Below, piece after piece: positions 38,581 to 48,688 of a DNA stretch of 64,000 bases; the stretch's first letter is position 1, and every line of letters begins with the position of its first letter. The stretch comes from Chthoniobacteraceae bacterium (GTDB lineage: Bacteria > Verrucomicrobiota > Verrucomicrobiia > Chthoniobacterales > Chthoniobacteraceae), in the NCBI GenBank assembly GCA_037190965.1, contig JBBCKI010000029.1, forward strand, positions 96,001 through 160,000. The letters run 5' to 3'. Made by a program: the position numbers and the translations under genes. The notes beneath the pieces were generated by a model. It did not search any database and was not told the origin of the DNA. It worked only from the letters and a program-made list of their open reading frames with translations.

Positions 38581-39867
38581 TCAGAGGTGAGTACTGAAGA
38601 ATTCCAGCGCGCGTTTTTGCATCGCCTTGTTGAACTCGTGCGGCGCGTCAAAGGTCAAGCTCCCGAGGGTGTGCGGACTTCCAGCCGTCTGCCAGGCGCG
38701 CCTTAAGGAGAGATGCGCTGCCGCCGCTCCGTGGGGTTCCATGAGGATGTCATTCCATCCGCTGATGGCCAGGAAAGGTTTGGGAGCAGCAGCAATGGGG
38801 ATGTCGATCATATCAAAATTCCGGTACAAGCCGTCGGGGATCGCGAAGAATCCCAGGGAGTGAGGAAGGTTGTAATCGATGATGCCGTCCAGTGTGCTGA
38901 TCCAGCAGGCACTGGCGGCGGCGCGAATGCGGTCGTCGAGCGCGGAGAGATAGTTTGCCCGGAACGAGCCGAAAGAAAGGCCAACGCAACCGATGCGTTC
39001 CACCTCCACATCGTCTCGGCTGACCATGTATTCGACGGTACGTAGATCGTCTGTCGCTGTCACGGCGGCGATTGAAAGGCCTACTGCTCCGAGGACTCGA
39101 GCCGCTTCTCCGAATTCCGTTTGAAATATTTTTATCGATAACGCCTCTGCCTCGGTGGGGCTCAGGCAATTTCGAAGTTCGTCAAAGTCATCGCGATTTT
39201 GAGCGGCAAACTTGGTGCGTCTTCCAAAGCCCAGCGCATCGATCGCGATGCAGAGATAACCAGCCCGGGCGAACTCAGCCAGAAGACTGCGGCCCTCGTA
39301 ACACTCCTGGCGATACTCTGTGAGGTAGGCCGGTTCTCCCGGATGATGCAGGAGTTTTTCTTTGCCGAATAGTGCGAGTGAACCGAGGCAGTGAAGAAGG
39401 ACAAGAGCCGGATGCTTCTTGCGGCCATTCTTCGGGATGGTGACAATTGCCGTCGTGCGGAACGGAGGGGTGAGTGTAATTTCGACGTGTTCTTCCCAAA
39501 AGCCGTCGTGGTCCCACGTTTGTTTGATCTCGGGAGCGATTGGAGCTTCAAGGGCGCCGGGGACCACAAGCGCCCCCCGCAAAATCTCAAGAAAGCCTTC
39601 CTTCCACTCGCGAAAGGGGAGCTCCGGGTTGTGGTGCCAAGATGTGACGTTGTGCGTTTTACAGCGATTTTGCAACGAAACGAAAGCATCAAGTTCCGCG
39701 CCTGCGCTCGACCGGCGCGGAAAGTTACTCCGAAGTTTCGCGAGAAGCTCTTCTTCGGGCGACCAAAACGGGAGATTGGCTGCCCATTGGGGGCGATGCC
39801 CGGGTTTCCCTGAAGAATGCGGAGTTTCGCTGTCAGGAGAGGGCGAAATCTGAAGCGGAAAAGACAT
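38581..39867 (-). CDS. Dienelactone-hydrolase-like alpha/beta hydrolase
   Basis: [37 protein letters not shown]. Start set at MSFPLQ (39867) because the longer ORF would overlap the LacI gene. Confidence 0.82.
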   Translation of the reverse strand: MSFPLQISPSPDSETPHSSGKPGHRPQWAANLPFWSPEEELLAKLRSNFPRRSSAGAELDAFVSLQNRCKTHNVTSWHHNPELPFREWKEGFLEILRGALVVPGALEAPIAPEIKQTWDHDGFWEEHVEITLTPPFRTTAIVTIPKNGRKKHPALVLLHCLGSLALFGKEKLLHHPGEPAYLTEYRQECYEGRSLLAEFARAGYLCIAIDALGFGRRTKFAAQNRDDFDELRNCLSPTEAEALSIKIFQTEFGEAARVLGAVGLSIAAVTATDDLRTVEYMVSRDDVEVERIGCVGLSFGSFRANYLSALDDRIRAAASACWISTLDGIIDYNLPHSLGFFAIPDGLYRNFDMIDIPIAAAPKPFLAISGWNDILMEPHGAAAAHLSLRRAWQTAGSPHTLGSLTFDAPHEFNKAMQKRALEFFSTHL

Positions 39868-39879
39868 GTTTGGGTTTCG

Positions 39880-39895
39880 TATAGAATCGTTTCTA
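39880..39895. promoter_or_regulatory. LacI-type operator, copy 1 (TATAGAATCGTTTCTA)
   Basis: CG-centred palindrome; its 14-bp core lies 14 nt upstream of the leftward ATG at 39867. Matches copies 2 and 3. Confidence 0.75.
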
Positions 39896-39949
39896 GTTCG
39901 ATTGCAACTTTTTTCGACAAAATCGGCGGGGGGGCTTCCTGCGGTATGC

Positions 39950-39978
39950 TTGACAGCTTCTAGTAACGTACTTAATCT
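39950..39978 (+). promoter_or_regulatory. Sigma70-type promoter for the LacI gene
   Basis: TTGACA (39950-39955), 17 nt, TAATCT (39973-39978), with ATG at 39988. The spacer holds a degenerate operator, TAGTAACGTACTTA. Confidence 0.6.
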
Positions 39979-39987
39979 GAGGCTTTC

Positions 39988-41112
39988 ATGATTAGCCAAA
40001 GGAAAATCGCAGAGAGCCTCGGAATGCCCACATCGACCGTTGCAAACATTCTCAACGGCACTCCCTACTACAAAAAGGAGACTCGCGACCGCGTCCTCAA
40101 GGCGGCTGCCGAGTTGGGCTATCAGCGAAATCGAGCTTCAATAGCGATTAGGAAGGGCCGCAGTAACCTGGTGGGGGTGATCCACTTTGGTTCGGCCTAC
40201 GAGACGGCTCATCGAGGCATTTATTTCCTGATCGAGGCGCTCAAGGGCTATGGGTACGACTATGTTGTTGCCGACCAGCGCTGGCACGCAGGCAACGTCC
40301 AATGGATGCTGAACGAAATGATTCAGGCACGGGTGGAGGGGGTGATCCTCATGGGCAATGGAACCCGGACTGAGGCATTCAGTCCTGCTTCGTTGGCGAC
40401 ACTGGAGCGTGCCAGCATTCCGGTTGTTTCCCTTTATGGCGATGACTATCTGGATGTGCCTCTGGTGGGGGATAGTGCGAAATCAAGCTTCTATGCAATG
40501 GCCCGCCATCTTCAATCTGTCGGCCATCGCAGTATCTTGTTGCTTTCGTGTCCGTCGAACGAGCGGTCCACGATCGGACGGATCGAGGGATTCGAGCAAG
40601 CAATGAAGGGGGAAGGGGCGTTTTTCGTATTGGACGAGGAGACCTTTAGCCGCAAATGGCCCAGACTGAGGCGGGAGCATCGCGACAGCTCAATCGGCGT
40701 CGCCATTCGCATGAGTAGTCAGCAAGACTTTTTTAAGGCGTGCAACGAGTTTAGTAAACGGTTGCTCGCCTCCGCGGCGCTGCCGGACGCGATTATGTGC
40801 GCCAATGACCGGGCGGCTTACAGCGTCTTCGATGCCGCGCATGAGTTGCGCGTGCGTATTCCTGAAGACGTAGCGGTGGTCGGCGCCGATGACGAATCGA
40901 TCGGGAATCTCTCGATGTTCCGCCTCACTACAATCCGAATGGACATCGCCCGTTCTTCTCAAGCTGCTGTCGATATGTTGATGGAGCGGCTTAAAAATGG
41001 CGGAATTGCGAAACGAGAAGTTTCTTTCCCGGCGGAGCTTGTTCTGCGGCAGTCTTGCGGCCGGATGATCGGCCCAGGAGAGGAGCGGGAGCTTGTGATC
41101 AGGATTCAATAG
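39988..41112 (+). CDS. LacI-family transcriptional regulator
   Basis: ISQRKIAESLGMPTSTVANILNG, LGYQRNRAS, PDAIMCAND, IPEDVAVVGADD, LTTIR. Confidence 0.93.
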   Translation: MISQRKIAESLGMPTSTVANILNGTPYYKKETRDRVLKAAAELGYQRNRASIAIRKGRSNLVGVIHFGSAYETAHRGIYFLIEALKGYGYDYVVADQRWHAGNVQWMLNEMIQARVEGVILMGNGTRTEAFSPASLATLERASIPVVSLYGDDYLDVPLVGDSAKSSFYAMARHLQSVGHRSILLLSCPSNERSTIGRIEGFEQAMKGEGAFFVLDEETFSRKWPRLRREHRDSSIGVAIRMSSQQDFFKACNEFSKRLLASAALPDAIMCANDRAAYSVFDAAHELRVRIPEDVAVVGADDESIGNLSMFRLTTIRMDIARSSQAAVDMLMERLKNGGIAKREVSFPAELVLRQSCGRMIGPGEERELVIRIQ

Positions 41113-41201
41113 CGATCAGAAGTCAGTAGCCCATTCAGGAAGCTCCGGTTAGCGCTAGTTAAAAAATTCAGAAATGTGTGGACGGATGAATTTCTAGAAG
41201 A

Positions 41202-41217
41202 TATAGAGACGTCTCTA
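41202..41217. promoter_or_regulatory. LacI-type operator, copy 2 (TATAGAGACGTCTCTA)
   Basis: Perfect 14-bp palindrome TAGAGACGTCTCTA (41204-41217), 15 nt before the PEP-CTERM ATG; overlaps a TGGACG-N17-TATAGA promoter candidate. Confidence 0.8.
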
Positions 41218-41232
41218 AATTGATTCATTACT

Positions 41233-42939
41233 ATGAACAGACGCATTATTGCTGGTTTAGTGGTGTTGCTGGGAGTCGCGGCGAATGGAAAAGCGGCTAC
41301 GCTCTATTGGTGGCCAGGCAACGCTGGAGCAGGACTGGGTGGGAATGGCACTTGGAATACTTCCGTTGCCAATTGGTCGACCTCTGACACAGGCAAAGTG
41401 GCATCCGCCACGGTTCCGGGGAGTGGGGACACTGCGGTCTTTGGAGGAACAGCGGGAGCTCTCAATTATATTTCGGGGCAGTCGGTAGGAAATTTTCGCG
41501 TAATGACCAGTGGTTATGTCTTTACGCTGGGAGCCGGCACGACGACCTTGACCGTGGGAGAGTTCTCCGGCGCGGGACTCGCCGACACCACCATTCGGGC
41601 GCAGGGGGCGAGTATGTCGAGCACGACGCTTTCGCTGACAGTGACTGGAACCACAAGCTATACGGGGACCCTTTCTGACGGCGCTCTCGGAGCCCCATTG
41701 GTCCTGAGGAAACTTGGGAACGGCCTGCTGGATCTTTCCTCCGCCACGCTTTCCCAAACCGGTGCTACCTATGTATCTGGTGGGATTCTGCGGGTGAAAG
41801 AGGGAACCGGTACGGCGGGTTCCCTGCCGACCTCACAAACCCTGCAGCTGGGCACCGGGGGAGAGAGCGGAATCTTGGAAGTCATTGGGAATGGGGTGTC
41901 ATCTTCCTTTACCCGCAAGATTACCACTTCGACCGCCACGGCCAATGGTGTCTGGCTGGGTACCACCGCCAGTTCCGTAGTGGGCTTTGGCGCGCTTCAG
42001 GGGGACCTTACGATAAATCTGGACAACGATGGCAGCAACAAGAGCTGGGGAGCCACTGGATTTGGCGCCGGAACGATAATTCTTGGAACCAAAGCCTCCA
42101 CAGGAAAGGTCACGCTGGTCAATCCCCTGACACTCATTGCCAATGGGCCATCGGTTGCCAAGATTCAGGTCGTGCATGGGGAGAACAGCACGCAGAAAGT
42201 CGATGCGGAGCTTCAGGGCGCCTTGCAGATCAGCGGAACGGATTCCGGTGGAGGAGCAATCGCCAATCGGGTGCTGGAGAAAAGTGGCGACGGCACGCTT
42301 GTGCTTTCCGGTACATCCAATGCCTTCAATGGTCGGCTCCATGTCAGCGCGGGTGCGTTGTTGATAACCGGCAGGTTTATCTCGAACACGAGCAATGCCA
42401 ATGCGCTCACCGTTGATGCCGGAGCAACTCTCGGAGGTTCGGGGACGGTTGCGTTTACCAACGCAAGCGCCAGGATCAAAGTCGACGGCACATTGCAGGC
42501 GGGCTTGGGAGCCGCGAATACGGACTTCGATGCCGGCTATAGTTTTAAGACCCTGACCCTCAGTCAGTCGTACGTGGTCATGGGTGCGGATTCCGTCCTG
42601 GCTTTTGGCTTGGGTTCTACCTCCGAACTGCACGACACCATTGCGACCATCAATGGTGGAATATGGGAGTTCGGTAGTGAACAGAAAATTAAATTCTATA
42701 ACGCGGGCCTGACCACGGTTGGTATTACCTATACTATTATGACTGGACTGTCAGCCAATCCTTTGCCCGCCTCCTGGCAGGTTTATGATAGCGATGGTAT
42801 TAATGGCAGCTTCAGCTTTGCGGATGGCGCGATATCGTTCACCGTTTCTCAGATACCCGAGCCGCACGTCGTGACGCTGGCGATCGTCGCAGGCGCCGCA
42901 TTATTGGTTCTTCCAAGGAGTCGACGCAGATCCTGTTAG
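41233..42939 (+). CDS. PEP-CTERM protein with autotransporter-associated beta-strand repeats
   Basis: Signal peptide; LRKLGNGLLDLS...TGATYVSGGIL and LEKSGDGTLVLSGTSNAFNG repeats; GATLGGSG; C-terminal IPEPH, TM helix, then RSRRR. Confidence 0.92.
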   Translation: MNRRIIAGLVVLLGVAANGKAATLYWWPGNAGAGLGGNGTWNTSVANWSTSDTGKVASATVPGSGDTAVFGGTAGALNYISGQSVGNFRVMTSGYVFTLGAGTTTLTVGEFSGAGLADTTIRAQGASMSSTTLSLTVTGTTSYTGTLSDGALGAPLVLRKLGNGLLDLSSATLSQTGATYVSGGILRVKEGTGTAGSLPTSQTLQLGTGGESGILEVIGNGVSSSFTRKITTSTATANGVWLGTTASSVVGFGALQGDLTINLDNDGSNKSWGATGFGAGTIILGTKASTGKVTLVNPLTLIANGPSVAKIQVVHGENSTQKVDAELQGALQISGTDSGGGAIANRVLEKSGDGTLVLSGTSNAFNGRLHVSAGALLITGRFISNTSNANALTVDAGATLGGSGTVAFTNASARIKVDGTLQAGLGAANTDFDAGYSFKTLTLSQSYVVMGADSVLAFGLGSTSELHDTIATINGGIWEFGSEQKIKFYNAGLTTVGITYTIMTGLSANPLPASWQVYDSDGINGSFSFADGAISFTVSQIPEPHVVTLAIVAGAALLVLPRSRRRSC

Positions 42940-43117
42940 GAAACCGCCCGTCCTGTTTGTTCGAAAATTCCTGGTGCTGCTTTGCAAAGAAAGCAACGGG
43001 AAGAGATGCACCTTCTATAGCATTTTTGAGTTATGCTATTCACATGCTTTGCACTGGCCCGTGGCGCTCGAGAATCGTTGTAAACATCTAACTCTTCAAA
43101 TCGATAGATTTCTGCCA

Positions 43118-46100
43118 ATGAATTGTTCCCTCCTTCAGAAAATTGGCGTCTTGATGGCTGTCTTGCCGGGCTTCATCGGCACAGCTTTCGCCGAGACGCT
43201 TCCCTTCACCGCAGTGGATCCGGCCGGGAAGACGGCATCCATTGTGATCGATCCTTCGCTTGACTCCGGACGAAATCCGATCGATTGGACCCAGTTGGAA
43301 AAGCAGGTGTTGGTTCCCTCGCCCTCTCGGGCGAGGCCATTGATGTACGCGGTCCACTACTTGCGCGAGGCCGTGCGGCGAATGACCGGGAAAGAATTGC
43401 CGATTGAGGAGGGGGGAAATGCTTCCAAAGGCATTGTGCTCATGCGCATGGAAGATGCTCCGGATGAGATCAAAAACGATGAAGCCGTCCAAAAGGCGCT
43501 GAGGAATAACGGGCAGGACGCGTATAACAACGTTGAAGCTTACTACTTGCGCACGGAAGCCCAGCGCGTGCTTGTCGTCGCCAACACATGGGACGGTATT
43601 CTCGATGGCGTGGTTGCATTGTTGGAATCGGTTGGGTATGAAACCTTGGGGCTTGGCCCCAACTGGACGCACGTACCGGATTTCCAGAAACGCCCGCTCG
43701 TCTTTTCAGCGCTTGAATCGGGCCGCCCCGGCTATTACCTGCGCAATCTGTCTGTGGCCAGCGGAGCCCATATCGGGGGCGGTACTCTCAGCCGCGGGCT
43801 CAAACTCTCGGATCCACAGGACGAAACGGTTGAACTCAGTCTTCTGAGATGGAAGATAGGAGCGCGGCTGGAGGGGCGCTCAATGCCGATTTTCCCCGGC
43901 CACGCCCTGACACAGCTTCGCAAGGATGTCATTCAGGTCATGCGGGAGACCAAAAATCCCGACGGCTTTCTTATTGAGAAGGCCACCATCGGGCCGGAGT
44001 CATCGCGGCCTCCGGCCACCGAAGCAAACAAAGGACATTTCTGGATCAATGATGATCCCGAGGGAAGTCCGGGTGCGGGGAAATTCTTCAGTTCAAGTGG
44101 CACAGAGTGGAAGGAGAATACCTATCGAGAAAGCGCCACCGACCTTACCCTTGACTACGTCCGCAAGATGTTTTTCGAAACGATGAAAGTCCGGGCAGAA
44201 GAAGCATTTGCGCGGAGGCCAGATGAGATCTTTGTCTTCGGGTCAGATCCGGCGGATGGCTCGGGTCTGGGCAACCTGGGGGCTTATGCCAAAAACAAAA
44301 ATTGGTATCCGGAATATCTGGCCGCCGCAGGAGTGGAATTTGGAAAGCCATATCCCTTGCATGGGGTAAAGGGACTGGACCAGCCCAAGGAAATATGGGA
44401 TCCGGCGGCGGCCAGCGACACGGTTTTTGCTTTCAGCAATTGGTTGCTGCGGGAGTTTGACAAGTGGATCGATTCCCTCCCCGAGAGCGAGCATGTGACT
44501 TCCACGGGGAAATCCAAGAAAGAGCTGATCGCGTGTGGTCTTCTCAGCTATAATTATCACGACGTTCCTCCCAATTTTACGCTGGATCCGCGCATTCGCA
44601 TTATGGTGGCGGGTTTCCCCAAACACCGCGGCACCGGAAAATGGAAAAATTTCAAAACGAATGAGGATATAGCCATCGCTTTTCGATCACTTCTGCCAAG
44701 GCAGCCTGCGGCGGACTACCAATATATCAGTAATTCGCGCTTTTGGGACGGCAGCCTGGCGGGTATTCGTGGGAAAGCGACGCTCGCGCCGTCAATTCAG
44801 TCATTCTATCGCTCCAGATACGACGCTGGCTTCCGCGCTTTCACGGCGGAGACAGACCTCAATTTCGGGAAACTAGGATTGTTCTATTACCTCTCGGCGA
44901 AGGCGCTCTGGAATCCCGAGATGACCCCGGAGGAACTCGATGCCATTCGCGATCGTTGGTTCCAGAGGGCCTTCGGAGCGGCGTGGAAGGAAATGAAGAC
45001 CTATTACGATTTCATGAGCGCCGAGAATTTCAAGATCAGTTCCCAAAGAAACTGGTCCAGGGCAGTGCGCATGATTGACGCGGCGGACAGCATTCTTGCG
45101 ACGGCAAATGAGCCGGACGCGCAACGACGGTTGGATGATCTCAAGCAATTCTGGTATTATTATTATTTGACGGCAAGTGGCCAGGCCACGCCGCAATCAC
45201 GGGCGCTCAGGGAATTTATGTGGAAAGGTCAGATGTCGTACATGACATCAATGATCATGGTCCAACTCGTCGCCTTTAAGCAAAAGGATACGATTCGCAT
45301 GGCGCCGCAACTGGCCGGGTCGGAATTCAATACGGGCCCCGCTCATTACACCCATGAGGAAACTCAGGAATGGTGGAAGAAGATCTTGGATTTTTGGCCG
45401 ACGATACCGGTCGCGGAGTTTTCCGAAGGAGTATTGAATAATGGGAAGAAGGCTGCGGAAGTTGATCTGAATGATCTGGTAAAGGTTTCCGAGTTTCGGG
45501 GCGAGCGGAGTTCGAATGATTTGATATACAACAGCAGTTTCGAACCGGCCTTGAACTTCCTAACCTCAGCGCAAAAGACAGGACAGGAGATCGGCTTCAT
45601 CCTCTATTGGCCATCCAATCCGGATTTCCGCTATCACAGGCCGGCATCGGTTGTTTATGGAGTCAAGCGTTGGAATTCTGCCACGGAGGAATGGGATGAT
45701 CTGGTGGATGAACTCATGACCACCGAGGATTCGAAAACAAAGGATGGTCCCGAAGGAAAGCCCCTCCAATGGGTCGAGGTTCGTTATAAGGCCCCTGAGT
45801 CGGGGACGTACCGGATTTCTGTCGGCAGGGGAGGAAGCAATGCTCACCTCACCACCCTGGATGTCGACGAAGACTTGAAAACGAACGCGGGGGAGCAGGC
45901 TCAGACCTTTAATGCTCCCGTGGGCGGTCTCGCGCAAAGCCCCGCCTGGTTTTACATCCCCAAAGGCACGAAGAGCCTCGACTTTGAGCTCCCGAGAGAC
46001 GGGGTCGTTAAATTGTGTCTATATACAGGACTTCCCTCCGCAGGTATGTCGCGTTCTCGGGAGATGACCCTGGAAAAAGCAGGCACCCATTCCATTCCGC

Positions 46101-46261
46101 TCGGGCCCGAGGAGGACGGCAGCCTGGCGATGTTTGAGAATCGGGGGCCTCTCTCCTTCCCGACGCTCTACTCCGTCCCGCTTTTCTGGGCCAAATCGCC
46201 GGCCTCTCTTTTGGTTCCTCGCGCCGTTGCTGAAGCCGATAAACTCACGCCGGAGGAGTAA
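43118..46261 (+). CDS. Large secreted hypothetical protein, distantly DUF4838/GH-like
   Basis: Signal peptide from MNCSLL; LREAVRRMTGKELPI...EAYYLRT...DGILDGVVALLESVG resembles GH20/GH67 N-domains; YYLSAKALWNP. Confidence 0.65.
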   Translation: MNCSLLQKIGVLMAVLPGFIGTAFAETLPFTAVDPAGKTASIVIDPSLDSGRNPIDWTQLEKQVLVPSPSRARPLMYAVHYLREAVRRMTGKELPIEEGGNASKGIVLMRMEDAPDEIKNDEAVQKALRNNGQDAYNNVEAYYLRTEAQRVLVVANTWDGILDGVVALLESVGYETLGLGPNWTHVPDFQKRPLVFSALESGRPGYYLRNLSVASGAHIGGGTLSRGLKLSDPQDETVELSLLRWKIGARLEGRSMPIFPGHALTQLRKDVIQVMRETKNPDGFLIEKATIGPESSRPPATEANKGHFWINDDPEGSPGAGKFFSSSGTEWKENTYRESATDLTLDYVRKMFFETMKVRAEEAFARRPDEIFVFGSDPADGSGLGNLGAYAKNKNWYPEYLAAAGVEFGKPYPLHGVKGLDQPKEIWDPAAASDTVFAFSNWLLREFDKWIDSLPESEHVTSTGKSKKELIACGLLSYNYHDVPPNFTLDPRIRIMVAGFPKHRGTGKWKNFKTNEDIAIAFRSLLPRQPAADYQYISNSRFWDGSLAGIRGKATLAPSIQSFYRSRYDAGFRAFTAETDLNFGKLGLFYYLSAKALWNPEMTPEELDAIRDRWFQRAFGAAWKEMKTYYDFMSAENFKISSQRNWSRAVRMIDAADSILATANEPDAQRRLDDLKQFWYYYYLTASGQATPQSRALREFMWKGQMSYMTSMIMVQLVAFKQKDTIRMAPQLAGSEFNTGPAHYTHEETQEWWKKILDFWPTIPVAEFSEGVLNNGKKAAEVDLNDLVKVSEFRGERSSNDLIYNSSFEPALNFLTSAQKTGQEIGFILYWPSNPDFRYHRPASVVYGVKRWNSATEEWDDLVDELMTTEDSKTKDGPEGKPLQWVEVRYKAPESGTYRISVGRGGSNAHLTTLDVDEDLKTNAGEQAQTFNAPVGGLAQSPAWFYIPKGTKSLDFELPRDGVVKLCLYTGLPSAGMSRSREMTLEKAGTHSIPLGPEEDGSLAMFENRGPLSFPTLYSVPLFWAKSPASLLVPRAVAEADKLTPEE

Positions 46262-46314
46262 GAAAAAATGTTCGATGGTTCAATAGTTGTACGATCACCC
46301 CGGATTTGAATCTC

Positions 46315-48639
46315 ATGCGTAGTTTTCTAGTCATCATTGCAGTAGTCCCTTTCCTTCTGCCTCCGGCCAAGGCCGCGCAGATCTCCCTTGCCGCCAACCA
46401 AAAATCTGAGGCGGTTATCCTGGTTTCCTCCCGCATCATGGAAGGAGATCGGGATATCTCCAAAGTCAACGGCCGTTCCCGTGAAGCTCAAAATGAAAAG
46501 GACCGTAGACGTCTGCGCGAATCCGTCAGGGATCTCAGCGTCTATTTGGGCAAGATTGCGGGGACTCAACCGGTGGACGTCATCAGTGATTCCAAGACGG
46601 CCCCGCCGATGAAGCTGCCGGTGTATATTGGAGAACTCGCGGCGGAGAAATTTGGCCCGGTGAACAAAAGCTATTCCGGCAAGCAGGCCTTCCGCTACGT
46701 CGCAGGAAAACGTGGACTGGGGCTTTACGGGGAGTCCGATCTCGCCGCGAGCTATGCGATCTACGAACTGCTGGACAAGCTGGGGTGCCGCTGGTTCATG
46801 CCAGGCGAGCTTGGGGAATGCATCCCGGCGGTGAGCGAACTCCGGATCGAAGAGGCCGATTATGCTTCTGCTCCTGGAACATTGTGCCGGGAGATATGGC
46901 TGGCGGATGATGCTTATCGCCGTAGAAATCGCCTGGGAGGAATTCTCCTGCAAACCGGACATGCGTTGGAGGCTTACTTAACCAAGGCGGATCGCGAGGC
47001 CCACCCGGAATATCGCGCTACGATCTCGGGTGTTCCCTCAGAGAAGCGGCTCAAGTGGAGCAGCCCAGCGGTGGCCTCCGCGATTGCGGGGAAAATCGTT
47101 GAAAGGCTCAACAAGGTGCCGCAGGCCTCCATGTCGCTTTCGCCGGATGACGGCTCGAAATTTGACGAATCCGAGGAGGATAGAAGGCTTGATGCAGGGG
47201 ATTTTGACCCGACTTTCCAGACCGTGTCGCTCACGGATCGGCTCATGGTCCTTTGTAATCGCATCGTTGGCGAGGTGGTAAAACACCATCCAGACACGCT
47301 CTTTGGGATGTTGGCCTACGTGCAATACACTCGACCGCCCGTGCGGGAGAAGTTGCATCCCAACCTGATTCCGCAGATCGCGCCGATTAGTTATGACCGG
47401 GCGCATCCCATCCCTGACGAACGAGCTCCCAATAACGTGGAATATCGCAAGTTGATCGAAGGGTGGGGGAAGGCATCGCCGCGCGTTTCGTACTATCTTT
47501 ATGCCTATTTTCTCGGTGAAATCTCCGCGCCCAATCCGCTCATTCGCAAATGGAGCACCGATTTGCCGCTTTTCTACCAGAACAATTGCACCTTCTGGCA
47601 ACCAGAGACCGCGGCAAACTTCGAGACCACGATGCAGGGGCTCCATCTCGGAAATCGCCTGGCTTGGGATCCCCGTCAGGACCCTGCGGCGATCATTGCC
47701 GATCTCAATACGCGCTTTTATGGCAACGCCTCCAAGGAGATGGAAGCCTATTGGAACTACATCGACAGCGTTTGGGTCGACAACCCGGAGTATACGGGCG
47801 GAGATTTCGGTTATCTGCTGCGGTTCACACCGGCTGTGATGAAAATGGCGAGGGAGCTCATGAATGCCGGGGTCGCGGCGTGCCGTACAAAAGTTGAAAC
47901 CGAACGTGTGGAGCTTGCGGACGCCTCCTTGCGGCAGTTCGAGAAGTACATGAAGCTGCGGGAAGACTATGCAGCCGGGCGCTTCACCAAGCTCGCCGAG
48001 GAAAACGAAGCTTACCGGCAGGAACTGATTGCCTTGTCGCAGAAGTACAAGGAGAACTACGCATTTACCGCCGCTCCATGGGCGAAAAGCAGTACTCATG
48101 CGTTGGTGTGGCACGATGATTTCAAGACCATCAGCTACAACGATGCGAGCCGGATTGCCGCTGAATTCGAGATTGTTACCCCCGAGCCAATTCACTTTAA
48201 GTTCCAGGCTGACAAGAACGACACGGGCCTTAAAGAGGGGTGGGGAGCCGCGGGTTTCGATGATTCGGGATGGAAGGAAACAAACCCCGCGGTGGAGAGC
48301 TGGTCTTCCATTGGCCTGTACGATCACATCGGCACGGTGTGGTATCGCACGAAGGTAGAATCGACCGGAGGCTCTTCGAAGAAGAAGGTATACCTTTGGC
48401 TCGGGGGAACGGATGGCTCGGCGGAAGTGTACGTTAATGGAAAGGAAGTCTCATACATCAACCCGAAGACGAACGAGCCACAGGTTTTCAAGGGCTTCTG
48501 TCGTCCCGCTTCCTTTGAGATGACCGCTGCGCTGGCCGAAGGCAGAAATGAGATTGCGATTCGTACGAATCGTTCCTTTCTCAATGAAATCGGTACCGGA
48601 GGACTGCTGGGGCCGGTCGTTATTTATCGCGAAAGATAG
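46315..48639 (+). CDS. Secreted DUF4838-like protein with C-terminal GH2-type sugar-binding domain
   Basis: YAIYELLDKLGCRWFMPGELGE, SLSPDDG, LAYVQYTRPP, RLAWDP; C-terminal WYRT...LGGTDGSAEVYVNG...GRNEIAIR. Confidence 0.78.
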   Translation: MRSFLVIIAVVPFLLPPAKAAQISLAANQKSEAVILVSSRIMEGDRDISKVNGRSREAQNEKDRRRLRESVRDLSVYLGKIAGTQPVDVISDSKTAPPMKLPVYIGELAAEKFGPVNKSYSGKQAFRYVAGKRGLGLYGESDLAASYAIYELLDKLGCRWFMPGELGECIPAVSELRIEEADYASAPGTLCREIWLADDAYRRRNRLGGILLQTGHALEAYLTKADREAHPEYRATISGVPSEKRLKWSSPAVASAIAGKIVERLNKVPQASMSLSPDDGSKFDESEEDRRLDAGDFDPTFQTVSLTDRLMVLCNRIVGEVVKHHPDTLFGMLAYVQYTRPPVREKLHPNLIPQIAPISYDRAHPIPDERAPNNVEYRKLIEGWGKASPRVSYYLYAYFLGEISAPNPLIRKWSTDLPLFYQNNCTFWQPETAANFETTMQGLHLGNRLAWDPRQDPAAIIADLNTRFYGNASKEMEAYWNYIDSVWVDNPEYTGGDFGYLLRFTPAVMKMARELMNAGVAACRTKVETERVELADASLRQFEKYMKLREDYAAGRFTKLAEENEAYRQELIALSQKYKENYAFTAAPWAKSSTHALVWHDDFKTISYNDASRIAAEFEIVTPEPIHFKFQADKNDTGLKEGWGAAGFDDSGWKETNPAVESWSSIGLYDHIGTVWYRTKVESTGGSSKKKVYLWLGGTDGSAEVYVNGKEVSYINPKTNEPQVFKGFCRPASFEMTAALAEGRNEIAIRTNRSFLNEIGTGGLLGPVVIYRER

Positions 48640-48688
48640 GATTGCAGCATGTGAAGGCGGAATTTCGAGTGGCTAACGCAAATAGTTT

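Noticed and set aside
38581..39999. Extended ORF-track starts (39999, 34886, 35988, 42974, 49913, 51353, 51973, 33792, 20458, 19313)
   Set aside because: The extensions overlap neighbouring genes or promoter/operator sites; downstream ATGs match domain starts, signal peptides or ATGA coupling.
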